Shown here: positions 8,231 through 18,208 of the stretch, one piece after another
How the letters are laid out: the number at the start of each line of letters is the position of its first letter
Position numbering within the stretch: position 1 is the stretch's first letter
From: a virus
Lineage: Duplodnaviria; Caudoviricetes
Length of the DNA: 42,197 bases
Reading direction: 5' to 3' (one strand)
IMG/VR virus record: IMGVR_UViG_3300042997_001027
Span: 1 to 42,197 of that record
Position numbers and translations under genes: made by a program
The notes under the pieces: generated by a model
What the model saw: only the letters and a program-made list of their open reading frames with translations
Databases searched by the model: none
Told to the model about the DNA's origin: nothing

Positions 8231-9030
8231 TCAGCGGGTTTATCGTCCGGCTGGTTCTCGCAAACGAGCGTTGGCTTCTTTCTGAAGACCACACGTGCCA
8301 CTCCAATCGCCCCAAGTAGGGCAAAAACTCCAACTATGTAAGGGAAGTAAGGCGTCCCCCAGATGAACGGGAAGGAGGAGACGGCGAAACCAGCCGCAAG
8401 GAGCTGGAGGCCCATGACCTTCGGGCCGAAGATGAAGCACGCCACCCCAGCAAGGCAAATAAGTCCCCCCAGGTATAGGAACTTGTCCTTCCGCGCTTCT
8501 TCAGCTTCCAATACACGCATGGCTTTTTCTTGCGCCAACGCCTGCTCCCTTTCCAGGAGCTTCGCATTGAACTCCGCTTGTTTCTTCGCCTTCTCCGCTT
8601 CGTATTTAGCGTCAGCGTCGGACAGCTTTTTCTTGAGCGCCGTCGCTTCTTCCTGCTCCTTCTTATAGGCATCTGCCACCGGCATACCTCCCAAGACCGC
8701 CTCCACACGCTTCTTGGTTAACGCCCAGTCGATTGGGTCTGCATGTCCGGTCAAAGTCTTGGCAAGCTGAAGCTCGCTTCGGAGAACCAGGTTCGTCTTC
8801 TCGTCCTGCTCTCTTTGGGACAGGATGTAAGAGATGCCCACGGAGGCTGCCACCTTTGACAGGCGGTCCTGCGTAGCCTTGTCCAAGTCCTTCTCTGCGC
8901 CTGCAAGACCAGAGGTCGTTGCGGGTTCGGGAAGGGGCGGCAGTTCCTGCTTGGAGTCGAAGAGCGAGCATCCTGTTAGGATTGTCAGGGCTGTGAGCAA
9001 CCCTGTGAATAGTGTGAACGGTTTGCCCAT
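8227..9030 (-). CDS. lipoprotein with coiled coil and C-terminal TM helices (spanin-like)
   Basis: Signal peptide with lipobox LTGC, long helical region, about three C-terminal hydrophobic segments, next to the holin. Confidence 0.6.
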   Translation of the reverse strand: MGKPFTLFTGLLTALTILTGCSLFDSKQELPPLPEPATTSGLAGAEKDLDKATQDRLSKVAASVGISYILSQREQDEKTNLVLRSELQLAKTLTGHADPIDWALTKKRVEAVLGGMPVADAYKKEQEEATALKKKLSDADAKYEAEKAKKQAEFNAKLLEREQALAQEKAMRVLEAEEARKDKFLYLGGLICLAGVACFIFGPKVMGLQLLAAGFAVSSFPFIWGTPYFPYIVGVFALLGAIGVARVVFRKKPTLVCENQPDDKPAE

Positions 9031-9061
9031 CTAGTAGTGGACAAATTGTCCACCCTTGGGG

Positions 9062-9274
9062 TCAGGCAAACAACTTTTCAGACGTATTGTAGCCGGCGTC
9101 GATGCAGAGGGTCTTGAGAGCGGCCTTTGTCTCAGCAAACAGGACGGTCATCCCGACAACGTTGTAGATTTGGTTCGCCTTAACAGGAAACACATTGAGG
9201 ACATTCTTGTTGCCATCAGCAAGTAGGGCTGCGAAGCCGTCCTTCTCGTATCGTCTAGATAGATTTTGGGTCAT
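9062..9274 (-). CDS. small protein downstream of tail fibre (possible chaperone)
   Basis: TAATG coupling to the fibre gene. Confidence 0.55.
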   Translation of the reverse strand: MTQNLSRRYEKDGFAALLADGNKNVLNVFPVKANQIYNVVGMTVLFAETKAALKTLCIDAGYNTSEKLFA

Positions 9275-11334
9275 TAGTAAGTGTATGTAACAAGGGGAAT
9301 GGTTGCCTCTGCCGCTCCGTCAGAAAGGAAAATGGTTACCACATCTCCAGAGGCAGGCGAGCCGACTAGGGTGCCAGACGAATAGTAGTAGTTGTATGCG
9401 GCGTTGTCGGTGGAGTCGTATGTTCCGTTAATGTATAATTTAAAATCCACACCAGAGGCGTTAAGTTTGTTGTAGAACCAGCCCGCGCTCGTGTTCATAA
9501 AGCCGTAATACACACTCCAAGTCCCTCCGCTTTCGTAATAAGCAGGGTTTGCCGAGGAGGTCACAGTCAGCATATCCAGGTAGTTCATCGCCCCACTCGC
9601 GCCGTTTGTCCCGTTTGCCCCAGCCGCTCCTGTCGAACCGGCGTTCATCGGAGTCCAATTACTTATGTAAGTAGCCGGGTCATACCCAGCGCCACCAAGA
9701 GAGGTCGTCAGTTGGTAGATGGTGCTGTTGTATGTGACTTGGTCACCGACCTGATAGGTTATCGCACTATCGTATGCGTTGATGCGGTCATAGACCCAAG
9801 TAGCATCCTTGCGCGAGTATGCCTTGCCGTCAGAGGGAGCGTCTGCAATTGCCGCCGTGGACTGCGTAGTCAAATCTGGGAACGTAATTTCCGTGTGGGA
9901 AATCTCAATGCCAGTGCTTGTTGTGCCTTCCCAAACATTCAAGGTTGTGCCAGCACCGCTATCAATATAGATAGGCACAATGCTTGGAGTGCCGAGAAAC
10001 TGATTTGCAGTTAACCAGCCTGCCTGCCAGTTCAGCTCAAATCCGACAGCACATTTAAGCGATATGCCGTTGTAGCCGTATCGTGAAGAGTCAAAAGTGC
10101 CCTTGTCAATGCTCTGACCGCCGACTGCATCAAAGACGATACCACCCGTCATCGTGCCGCCCGCTAACGGAAGATATGACCCGCCGACAGTCGCCCAAAT
10201 TAAATCCGTTCCGTCATAGGTTAGCGATTGCCCGGAGGTTGGAGCTGTAGCGTTGAGCGTTGAGGTTGCCGCGTTGGAGAGCGTGCTAATGGTAAGTCCA
10301 CCGCCGCCGCTGACCGTTGCCCAGATAAGGTCGGTGCCGTCATAGGTCAAAGACTGCCCAGAGGTGGGAGCCGTTGCGTTAAGCGTAGAAGTCGCCGCAT
10401 TAGAGAGGTCGCTGATGGTCAGGCCTCCTCCACCGCCGCCGGTAGCAATCGCCCAGGCCCCGTCCAAGCGGACATACTCATCGCCATCAGAAGGAGCATC
10501 TGGGATGCCAGCGGTAGTCTGGGTGGTTGAGTCGGGAAAAGTTAAACCGCCGCCGTTAGTGGGTAGGAGAAGCCTTCCGTCTGCGTTGTTGAACGTGTGG
10601 TTATAATACGTCCCTGGACTTGTGCTGTTGAAAGTCTGAACAACAAAATTGTAGTCTGTTAGACTAGCAATTACATTAGTATAAATAGAATAACTCGAAG
10701 AAAAATAAAGGTTTCCAGTTAATGTCCCGCCTGCCAATGGCAAATAAGTTGAAGACGCTGTTCCCGGAGTAAGATAGGTTGAGGCCGCCGTTGCGGTAGT
10801 TAAGTAAGACCCAAGCTCTGTTGTTGTCGCCATCGTTTGCGTTGCTCCGTTAATACGAACAGCAAGCCCCGACGCCGATGTAGTCCAAATGTCTCCGTTT
10901 ACGGGAGAGGTCGGAGCAGCTCCGTGAGGAATGTTTAAACCAGCGTTAGCAGAAGCGGACGCAATCGTGCTTACCTTACCCGATGCGTTAATAAACGAAT
11001 AGGTGGTGTCAGCCGCAACATCCTTAAACTGAACCACGTCTCCAGCGCCATCTTGGACAATGACAAGGGCAGGCGATGCCGAATTGGTTGTAATCGTGAC
11101 ATTTCCGGTCAGCGCAGGGGAGGCCAAGGGCGCAAACCCCGAGATGGAAGCCCCTGCTGGGATGGTCACTGTTCCTGTAAATGTAGGACTCGCCGAGTTC
11201 AGCGCAACCACCGAACCGCCGTCGGTCTTCGTGAAGGCCGCGCCAGTAGTCGTGTTGATAGCAATCTCCCCAACTACGAGCTGCCCAGCAGTCGGCGTAG
11301 TCGTCCCCCTCTTGTGCTTAATCGTGTTAGCCAT
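9274..11334 (-). CDS. tail fibre / receptor-binding protein
   Basis: GEIAINT N-terminal motif, YLPLAGG repeats, two foldon-like motifs, CBM5/12-like segment (YDSAITYQVGDQVTYNSTIY...W), short collagen-like run. Confidence 0.85.
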   Translation of the reverse strand: MANTIKHKRGTTTPTAGQLVVGEIAINTTTGAAFTKTDGGSVVALNSASPTFTGTVTIPAGASISGFAPLASPALTGNVTITTNSASPALVIVQDGAGDVVQFKDVAADTTYSFINASGKVSTIASASANAGLNIPHGAAPTSPVNGDIWTTSASGLAVRINGATQTMATTTELGSYLTTATAASTYLTPGTASSTYLPLAGGTLTGNLYFSSSYSIYTNVIASLTDYNFVVQTFNSTSPGTYYNHTFNNADGRLLLPTNGGGLTFPDSTTQTTAGIPDAPSDGDEYVRLDGAWAIATGGGGGGLTISDLSNAATSTLNATAPTSGQSLTYDGTDLIWATVSGGGGLTISTLSNAATSTLNATAPTSGQSLTYDGTDLIWATVGGSYLPLAGGTMTGGIVFDAVGGQSIDKGTFDSSRYGYNGISLKCAVGFELNWQAGWLTANQFLGTPSIVPIYIDSGAGTTLNVWEGTTSTGIEISHTEITFPDLTTQSTAAIADAPSDGKAYSRKDATWVYDRINAYDSAITYQVGDQVTYNSTIYQLTTSLGGAGYDPATYISNWTPMNAGSTGAAGANGTNGASGAMNYLDMLTVTSSANPAYYESGGTWSVYYGFMNTSAGWFYNKLNASGVDFKLYINGTYDSTDNAAYNYYYSSGTLVGSPASGDVVTIFLSDGAAEATIPLVTYTY
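10186..10422 (-). repeat. 126-nt-period tandem duplication inside the fibre gene
   Basis: Two copies of LTISxLSNAATSTLNATAPTSGQSLTYDGTDLIWATV. Confidence 0.9.
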
Positions 11335-11352
11335 TGTTTTGGCTATCTGTCA

Positions 11353-12894
11353 TCAGAATGAGCCGCCGTCAATAGTAACCCCGTCGATTGTCCCGCCGGT
11401 AATGGAGACGGAAGAGGCAGCTTGGGTAGCCATTGTGCCCAACCCCAGGTTGGTTCGCGCCGTAGAGTTTGATGTCAGGTCCGATAAGTTGCTCGACTTA
11501 ACAAGCTTCTCCCCCAAGGACGTCGAAATCGTCGTAGCAAACGATGCGTCGTTACCGAGCGCCGTAGCCAACTCATTCAGGGTATCAAGAGCTGCCGACG
11601 CACCCCCGATTAGGTTGCTTACCGCCGTCGAGACGAAGGCCGTCGTAGCGACTTGGGTAGTATTAGTTCCCGCAGTTGCCGTGGGAGCGGCAGGCGTTCC
11701 AGTAAGGGTCGGAGAAGCGAGAGGAGCATAGCCGGAGATAGACGCCCCAGCAGGGATTGTGACTGTGCCGGTGAACGTCGGCGAGGCGAGCGGTGCATAG
11801 GATGTAAGAGAAGCTACTGTTGCAAGCTGAGCAGTCGCCGTATTGATTTGGGCGTAGACACCAGATGTCGTGGTCCAGATGTCGCCGTTCGTCGGAGACG
11901 TAGGCGCAGTGCCATGCGGGACATTGAGGCCAGCGGCGGCCGTGGCCGTGGCAACAGTATTGACCTTACCTGTGAAGGTAGCGCCAGCCAAAGCCGCGCG
12001 AGTCGTGTCAGAGATGTGAACGTGGTCAGCACGAGCATACTTCAAGGATGTGCCTGTTGCCGCAGTTCCGTTTGCCTCCGGTGTGGACGAGGAAGCCTGG
12101 CCAACGACAAATGCGGTGGTCGCAATCTGCGTTGTGTTGGTGTCCGCAGCTGCCGTAGTTGAAATGGGGGCGCCAGTGAACGTAGGACTCGCCAACGGAG
12201 CGAACCCGCTGATAGATGCGCCCGAAGGAATAGTCACCGTCCCCGTAAAGGTCGGGGAAGCCAAAGGAGCAAGCGTGGTGTCGGTCGGGTGAATGTGGTC
12301 CGCGCGGGCATATAGGTTTGATGTCCCTGCCGCCTGCGTGCCGTTCATCGCAATCGTGCCAGCCGTAGTATTGCCCTGTCCAAGGACAAAGGCAGTTGTG
12401 GCTACCTGTGTGGTGTTTGTATTTGCCGAAGCTGTCGGAGCCGCAGGAACACCCGTAAGGGTAGGGGATGCCAACGGAGCATAAGTGCTTGAGGCTGTGC
12501 CCGTTGTTAAGTAAGACTGCCCAATGACATAAGCCGTAGTCGCAACTTGTGTGGTATTGGTATCAGCAGCCGCTGTGGGAGCCACTGGAGTTCCCGTGAA
12601 GGTCGGGCTGGCAAGGGGAGCGAACCCAGAAATGGAAGCCCCAGACGGAATGGTAACTGTGCCCGTAAAGGTTGGAGACGCAAGAGGTGCATAGGTCGCT
12701 GCAGCCGTGGTCAGGTCGAGGAACGCGCCGGTGCCGCCAATAGCGACAATGCTTGTGGCAGAGCCACCCACGCCCCCCGTGCCAACCCCAATGAAGAGCT
12801 TGTTGCTTGCTTCGGAGTATGCGAGTTCGGCGTTAGCCAGGGTCGTAGGTGTGCTCGTTGATGTGGAGCGCTTGATGCGGACGGTGTTTGCCAT
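11353..12894 (-). CDS. tail fibre protein with APLASPTFTG repeats
   Basis: Seven APLASPT(F/L)TG units, four TNTTQ(V/I)ATTA units, two YARADHxH, ALDTLNELATALGND. Confidence 0.85.
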   Translation of the reverse strand: MANTVRIKRSTSTSTPTTLANAELAYSEASNKLFIGVGTGGVGGSATSIVAIGGTGAFLDLTTAAATYAPLASPTFTGTVTIPSGASISGFAPLASPTFTGTPVAPTAAADTNTTQVATTAYVIGQSYLTTGTASSTYAPLASPTLTGVPAAPTASANTNTTQVATTAFVLGQGNTTAGTIAMNGTQAAGTSNLYARADHIHPTDTTLAPLASPTFTGTVTIPSGASISGFAPLASPTFTGAPISTTAAADTNTTQIATTAFVVGQASSSTPEANGTAATGTSLKYARADHVHISDTTRAALAGATFTGKVNTVATATAAAGLNVPHGTAPTSPTNGDIWTTTSGVYAQINTATAQLATVASLTSYAPLASPTFTGTVTIPAGASISGYAPLASPTLTGTPAAPTATAGTNTTQVATTAFVSTAVSNLIGGASAALDTLNELATALGNDASFATTISTSLGEKLVKSSNLSDLTSNSTARTNLGLGTMATQAASSVSITGGTIDGVTIDGGSF

Positions 12895-12915
12895 TGGAGG
12901 GTATTATATTTTGGG

Positions 12916-13206
12916 TTAAAAATTACCTCCATCGGTAATGTCTTCGATGGGGGTGTTGCGGAACTTGTCCGCAGAGTAGACGATGGTGTCGCCGTCTTGG
13001 GGATTTGACAGCTCGACGTCGGTGAGTTGACCTAGAGTGCCAAAGACTGTGGCTCCCGCCGGGCCTGCTGGACCTGTGGGTCCTGGGATGCCCAAAAGGA
13101 AGGAGACATTGGTAACCGAACCCACGTTGACCGTGATGGTGGGCGGCCAAGCGTCCTCCATAAGGACGGTAAGCGAACCAATGCTGTTCAGTTGCGCGGT
13201 AATCAT
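12916..13206 (-). CDS. small collagen-like tail protein
   Basis: GIPGPTGPAGPAG; LGQLTDVE...DGD. Confidence 0.7.
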   Translation of the reverse strand: MITAQLNSIGSLTVLMEDAWPPTITVNVGSVTNVSFLLGIPGPTGPAGPAGATVFGTLGQLTDVELSNPQDGDTIVYSADKFRNTPIEDITDGGNF

Positions 13207-13520
13207 GCGGGTGTAGCCGGCTTGACAATGTTAAGCTCGATAGTGTCCGAGTAGAATACAACCCCATCACGGATGAACTTGATGTCCCAGGTTGCTGGGC
13301 CGAGATGCCATCTGTATGTATTGTCTCCCCGGAGGGAGAAGACCAAGCCGCTTGAGCTGGGAATGGTCACCGTCAGAGGATAGGCCAACCCGTGTGTATC
13401 TAGCACCGAGGACTGGATGGCTACACCAACAAGATTGGTCAAGGAACCCGTTGGCGTGATGGTTATCTGTGCCGAAAAGGTCGCGCCGCGCTTGAACTTT
13501 ACTTGATTGGAAATGCTCAT
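13203..13520 (-). CDS. tail-tip adaptor (BppU-N-like)
   Basis: FKRGATF...WDIKF beta-rich pattern; position between tail genes. Confidence 0.6.
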   Translation of the reverse strand: MSISNQVKFKRGATFSAQITITPTGSLTNLVGVAIQSSVLDTHGLAYPLTVTIPSSSGLVFSLRGDNTYRWHLGPATWDIKFIRDGVVFYSDTIELNIVKPATPA

Positions 13521-14801
13521 TTAGTATATTCCTCCGTCGATGACGGCGCTCCACGCTCCGTCTTTTCTCAAGTATGGGGTTCCGTCAACAGGTGCGTCGG
13601 TGATGCCTACATTGTCTTCGGGGATGAACACTTCCCAAGCTCCATCCCGGCGGGCGTAGAGCGAACCATCCACTGGAGCGTCGGAAAGCGACTCGTCGAA
13701 GGACAGAGGCGAGAAGGTCGACTGGTCTATTAGGTCATTCTTGATGGTGCAAGAGGTCTGCAAGACCGTCCACTTGTTCCCATCCAGGTCTTCTATCTCG
13801 ATTTCAAGGGGCGCGGATACCGAGGTTGCACCATCGAGAATGTATTCGATTTCAGCCGTGTTGAGGTCAACATACGCCTTCTTGCCCTTAAAGCCCACCA
13901 AGCCGTCTCCTGTGGCCGTAAATGGCATCGTGTAGCCTATTGGGGGAGCTTCGGGGCCAGACTTCAAGCTGAAGTCCCACACAAAGTTATCTACCTTTGT
14001 GACCGAGTATTGGTATCTTGAGAAATTGGTGTCCGTTTCGAGTGCGTAGATGCTGAAGCGCGAGGAATAATTCTCATCCCACCAATCAGGGTCTACCACC
14101 CCGCCGGCAGCTGACGTTTTGAAGACAAGGTCTTCTGTGCCGGTCAGCGACCAAGACCCCGCCTTGGGCTCTGGGGAAATAGAGACGCGCTTGGACTGGT
14201 TCGCCGCAAGCACCGTCACCGTAAGCGTAGGCAGCTCAATGTTTTCCCACACGTTCTGGAAGACGACCGGCGATTGCTTCAGCTTGATGAGGAACGACCC
14301 ATTCACAGACACGCTGCCCGCTCTCAAGATGACCAACCTCGACGCAGTCGGCGGCGAAAGTAGGCTACCATTCACCGACATCCCCAAGTTGACCCCAGGG
14401 TCATTGAAGTCAATCTTGATGAGGGCGTTGGATGTCTTCGACACCAAGACCCCACCCGCAGCCGTAATCGAGCTCAAGGCGTTAAGCGCCGTTTGGATTT
14501 GAGCCGCCGTCGCAGCATAGGACAACGTAATCGTATCCGAGCCGTATGTCAGGTCGAATGTCCCCGCTGTCGGCGCAGCCGAAATCTTACCAACAGCCAG
14601 TCTGACTGTGCATCCATCCGGGAATGGCACCTCTTCCATTAGGCGGTTCAAGCCCGATGAGAGGCGAACCAAGTGCAGCTCCACATTCAGGGCATCACCC
14701 TGAAGGAATACGAGAGGTTGCGCGGGCGTATTTGACCCAAATGTCTCGTAAAGATTGCCGGACTCGGCATCAATCCACAGTTTTATTCTGCTATTAGACA
14801 T
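13521..14801 (-). CDS. tail-tip / fibre anchor protein, paralogue of 14801-16585
   Basis: Aligns by eye with the upstream gene; two C-terminal foldon-like motifs. Confidence 0.75.
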   Translation of the reverse strand: MSNSRIKLWIDAESGNLYETFGSNTPAQPLVFLQGDALNVELHLVRLSSGLNRLMEEVPFPDGCTVRLAVGKISAAPTAGTFDLTYGSDTITLSYAATAAQIQTALNALSSITAAGGVLVSKTSNALIKIDFNDPGVNLGMSVNGSLLSPPTASRLVILRAGSVSVNGSFLIKLKQSPVVFQNVWENIELPTLTVTVLAANQSKRVSISPEPKAGSWSLTGTEDLVFKTSAAGGVVDPDWWDENYSSRFSIYALETDTNFSRYQYSVTKVDNFVWDFSLKSGPEAPPIGYTMPFTATGDGLVGFKGKKAYVDLNTAEIEYILDGATSVSAPLEIEIEDLDGNKWTVLQTSCTIKNDLIDQSTFSPLSFDESLSDAPVDGSLYARRDGAWEVFIPEDNVGITDAPVDGTPYLRKDGAWSAVIDGGIY

Positions 14802-16585
14802 TAGATGCGTGCTGGAACATAGTAGGTCGTCCCATTAACGACCAACTGTATTTCGTAAGGGTAGTTTGTGCCATTGTGCGTTCCGGTAATCGTGGTTGTG
14901 TTCACGACTGGGTTGTTTGTCATCGTGTTTGCGGCCACCCAATCCTGCGTTGCAAAGGGATTAACGCCGTTCGGCGACGATGCGTAAAGCATAGCGTCTG
15001 CCTGGTCAGGCGTCGGTAAGCCTGTGTGGGTATGCCCGACATCGGACTTGCCATCCAAAAGGGTTTGTAGACCCGTAACGTCAGCAACAACGTGCGTGTG
15101 AACGGCGTCTGCTTTCAGGGACAGGTCATCAAGCGTGTCCTGGAGGTTTGTGATGTCCGTTATGACGTGTCCGTGGGTCAGAGCTGCCTTGTCCGCTAGG
15201 GAGTCTGCCAACCCGGTAACATCCGTAATGATGTGCGTGTGGACCAGAGGGGCAAGGTCAGCAAGGTCGTCAGCGGTGGCAAAGACATTGGTCGCAGAGG
15301 GCGTGGCGGCCCCATTAATGGCATCCGCTATGTCCCCAATGACGGCAACGCCTTCAAGGGCAGATATGCGCACCTCTAACTCATTGTCCTTGGTCGTGTA
15401 TGGCACAAGGACATCAGAGCCGACGGCACCTATGTTGGTTCGGACTTGGAGCTTTTGACCGGTGGTTAGCGTCTGAACGGTGTCGTAGCGAACCACGCTA
15501 TCCGCCGGGATTACATCCCCCCACTCCTGAAGCGTGTAAGAGTCCGTGTCAATTAGGTCATTGTATATGGTTACGGAGTTTTGGACTAAGGTCTGCCTCT
15601 TACCGTCCATCTCCACTTCAATTTCCAGGGTGGCGCCAGCCGATGCAGCCCCAGCCAAGAGCAACTCCACGTCCAATGCGTTCATTGAGAGCTGCCCATA
15701 CTTCGACGAGTATGGGATAAGCCCCGCGGCATCCGCGCCAATCGCCGACACGTTCACATTAGGCTGAAACTCAATCTGCGACTGGCTGATTTCAAACTCA
15801 AAGTCATCCACCGCTGAGACGTTCATCTCTGTAGCCACCGAGATGGTGCTTGCCGACAGACCCGAGATGTTAATAGGTGCCGTCCAGTATACCTCCCCGT
15901 TGAGCGTTTTAGACAACCTGAATGTGCCTGCCTTGGGAGCCGGGTTGATGACCACGCGCCAAATGCGGAAGTCCCCGCTGTAAGCTGGGGCGTGCGTCTC
16001 CGTCACCGTGATTGTAGGTGTCGTCTGGTCTTCCCATACGGTGCATACGGCAACCGGCGCCTGCTTGAGGTGCAGTTGGGTAATTTGAGCTGCGGTCAAG
16101 CTGCCGGCTCGCGCAGTCCCAATCCCAATAGATGACGTAGGCGTCAGGTCGTTTTCATAGACCGTCAGAGTGCCCGAAGGCACACCCACCGAGTTCCAAG
16201 TCACCCGGATGGTCGTAGTGGCCTTAATGACCGTCACGCCACCATCAGTCGTAATGCCCGCCAAGGCGTTCAGGGCAGCCTGGATTTGAACCGCCGTAGC
16301 GTTGTAAGCCAAGTCCGTTGTCTGCGCCCCAGCGTATGCCAAGCGATAGACACCAGAAGTGGGGGCAGAGTCAATTCTGCCAATGGCAAGGGTGATGTTG
16401 GCGGCTGGAGGCCAAACGACCTCGCGCATAAGCGTGCCTGCACCCTGCTCAACCCAATGGAGCTCAATGCCGATGGTGTCCCCTTGGCGCAGATTAAGCG
16501 GACCGAGGTTGGAGTTCACTTGCCAGCCTGTGACAAGCTCTCCCCTGTTGGAGTCAGCCCATAGTGTCAGAGCGGGTAGAGGCAT
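14801..16585 (-). CDS. tail-tip / fibre protein with HxH repeats
   Basis: HTHIITDVTGL, HGHVITDITNL, HTHVVADVTGL; ATAVQIQAALNAL. Confidence 0.8.
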   Translation of the reverse strand: MPLPALTLWADSNRGELVTGWQVNSNLGPLNLRQGDTIGIELHWVEQGAGTLMREVVWPPAANITLAIGRIDSAPTSGVYRLAYAGAQTTDLAYNATAVQIQAALNALAGITTDGGVTVIKATTTIRVTWNSVGVPSGTLTVYENDLTPTSSIGIGTARAGSLTAAQITQLHLKQAPVAVCTVWEDQTTPTITVTETHAPAYSGDFRIWRVVINPAPKAGTFRLSKTLNGEVYWTAPINISGLSASTISVATEMNVSAVDDFEFEISQSQIEFQPNVNVSAIGADAAGLIPYSSKYGQLSMNALDVELLLAGAASAGATLEIEVEMDGKRQTLVQNSVTIYNDLIDTDSYTLQEWGDVIPADSVVRYDTVQTLTTGQKLQVRTNIGAVGSDVLVPYTTKDNELEVRISALEGVAVIGDIADAINGAATPSATNVFATADDLADLAPLVHTHIITDVTGLADSLADKAALTHGHVITDITNLQDTLDDLSLKADAVHTHVVADVTGLQTLLDGKSDVGHTHTGLPTPDQADAMLYASSPNGVNPFATQDWVAANTMTNNPVVNTTTITGTHNGTNYPYEIQLVVNGTTYYVPARI

Positions 16586-16603
16586 CGTAAGAGTGGCCTA
16601 ATG

Positions 16604-18208
16604 TCAATCCATCGCCCATTCGCCAAAGTAGAGGCCGAAACTGCGCTCGTTTGACTGAGCTAGCTCTGTGCTATCAAAGAAATCCTTCTCAGTATAAACG
16701 GCGACCTTGTTTGAGCCGTCATCAAAGTAGTTAGGAGCAGGGCCAAGGTTGAATGAAACTGCGTGCTGCTTCAATCCCATGTTCAGGGGGACTTCCGGAT
16801 AAGTGTAAATGTGCTGCTTGTCTTCAACGGCCTTAAATCTTTGGGGCGGGTTCGTTGGTGTATAGGGCGGGTAAGGCAAGTAAACCCACTTTGACGCTTC
16901 GCTCTCAATACCAACTTCATAGTGATACTTTGCTGTGCGCGTCCACACAAGCGGGTGGTGCATTATGTAAAACACGTCGTATTTCTGGGTGGTGTGATTT
17001 GAGTAAATGCTTCCGTTGATAGGGTCCGCAGTGTTAACGACCACAGGGTCGCCTGAAGGGAGGGTATACATATTGCCGACTATTGGCCCAGTGTCGTTGG
17101 TGTATTCGTAACGGAGGAAGCTGGTGTATCCACCAGGGTTTTTGTCTACAATGTGAGGCCAGCTAGCTTGAGCGGGTGTCTCCTCAACGGTTTCAACACG
17201 TGTTGTGTTAAACACAATTTGTTTTTGTGTATATGAGAATGGCGGCTCTAAAAGCTGCAAGACAGACGTTGAAACCTTCGTTTCGTATTGTTTCACTTTA
17301 ACCTTTTGCGACCAAAGGGTCAGGGAAATACCACTTCCATAGTTAACGTAGTCGTAGTAATTATATGGCATGTATGGAGAAGCTTCGGCGATTTGCTTAT
17401 CTGGCATAGCGCCGGTAATGCGGTCCCAGCCTATTGCAGCTGGCTTGCTTTTTGTCCCCGTAAACACTTTAATGCGTGGTTCTTTTGCGAGCTTGGTGGC
17501 TTCAGGGTCTTCCACATAAACAACCAAGTTGTGTGGCTTTGGGTAGTATTCCTCGATGCAGGATTTAGCGCCATCGCCGCCGGCGAGGTTGGGTCTGTTT
17601 GTCCATTCATTAAGGAACACTGGAATGAAGTTACGCCTATACTCATCGCCGTCGACGTTGAGTTCCGGGAAGGTTTCGCCAGCAGTGTGCTGCCAGCCAT
17701 TGTCATTCTCGCGCGAACCAAGACAACCCCAAGCTCTTATGGCGTGGCTTTGGTTCTTGCACCGGGTTTTCTTCACCGTGTTGACATACTGACCAATGTC
17801 GAACTTGATGCCCAAGGGGTCACCCACGGCAGCTTCGGCGATGTTGGGCTTCTTGCCTACTTGTGAGGAGGAGAGCCAAATGGTTGGCTGATAGTAGAGG
17901 CCGTTGTAGAGAACTTTCCAGCCGACTTGCGGGATAAGCTTTGGGTCTGAGTAGTCTAGAGTCTCCGACCACTCTGGCCAATAGTAGGTTGCGCTATACG
18001 GCAGGGTGAAGTCTTGAAGCTCCTCACCGGTAATTGGGTCTACCGTGTTCTCCCCGGCGGCGAGGGGCTGGCAGTCAAAGAAATCGGTAATTACGCAGTA
18101 AGGTTGGTCCCATCCGACAACACGCCCTAAACCAATCATAGAGCCAGGACCATACACCGTTTGGTGTAATTTCGGCGGCGGCGGAAGGCTCATGCAGACC
18201 AGCTCCAA
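16604..18208 (-). CDS. putative tail-tip protein
   Basis: 534 aa ORF in the tail module; function from position only. Confidence 0.55.
   Translation of the reverse strand: MELVCMSLPPPPKLHQTVYGPGSMIGLGRVVGWDQPYCVITDFFDCQPLAAGENTVDPITGEELQDFTLPYSATYYWPEWSETLDYSDPKLIPQVGWKVLYNGLYYQPTIWLSSSQVGKKPNIAEAAVGDPLGIKFDIGQYVNTVKKTRCKNQSHAIRAWGCLGSRENDNGWQHTAGETFPELNVDGDEYRRNFIPVFLNEWTNRPNLAGGDGAKSCIEEYYPKPHNLVVYVEDPEATKLAKEPRIKVFTGTKSKPAAIGWDRITGAMPDKQIAEASPYMPYNYYDYVNYGSGISLTLWSQKVKVKQYETKVSTSVLQLLEPPFSYTQKQIVFNTTRVETVEETPAQASWPHIVDKNPGGYTSFLRYEYTNDTGPIVGNMYTLPSGDPVVVNTADPINGSIYSNHTTQKYDVFYIMHHPLVWTRTAKYHYEVGIESEASKWVYLPYPPYTPTNPPQRFKAVEDKQHIYTYPEVPLNMGLKQHAVSFNLGPAPNYFDDGSNKVAVYTEKDFFDSTELAQSNERSFGLYFGEWAMD

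Noticed and set aside
9274-12894. Diversity-generating retroelement or CRISPR-like repeats in the fibre genes
   Set aside because: Repeats are in-frame protein repeats differing at synonymous sites, not adenine-specific; no reverse transcriptase or spacer array seen
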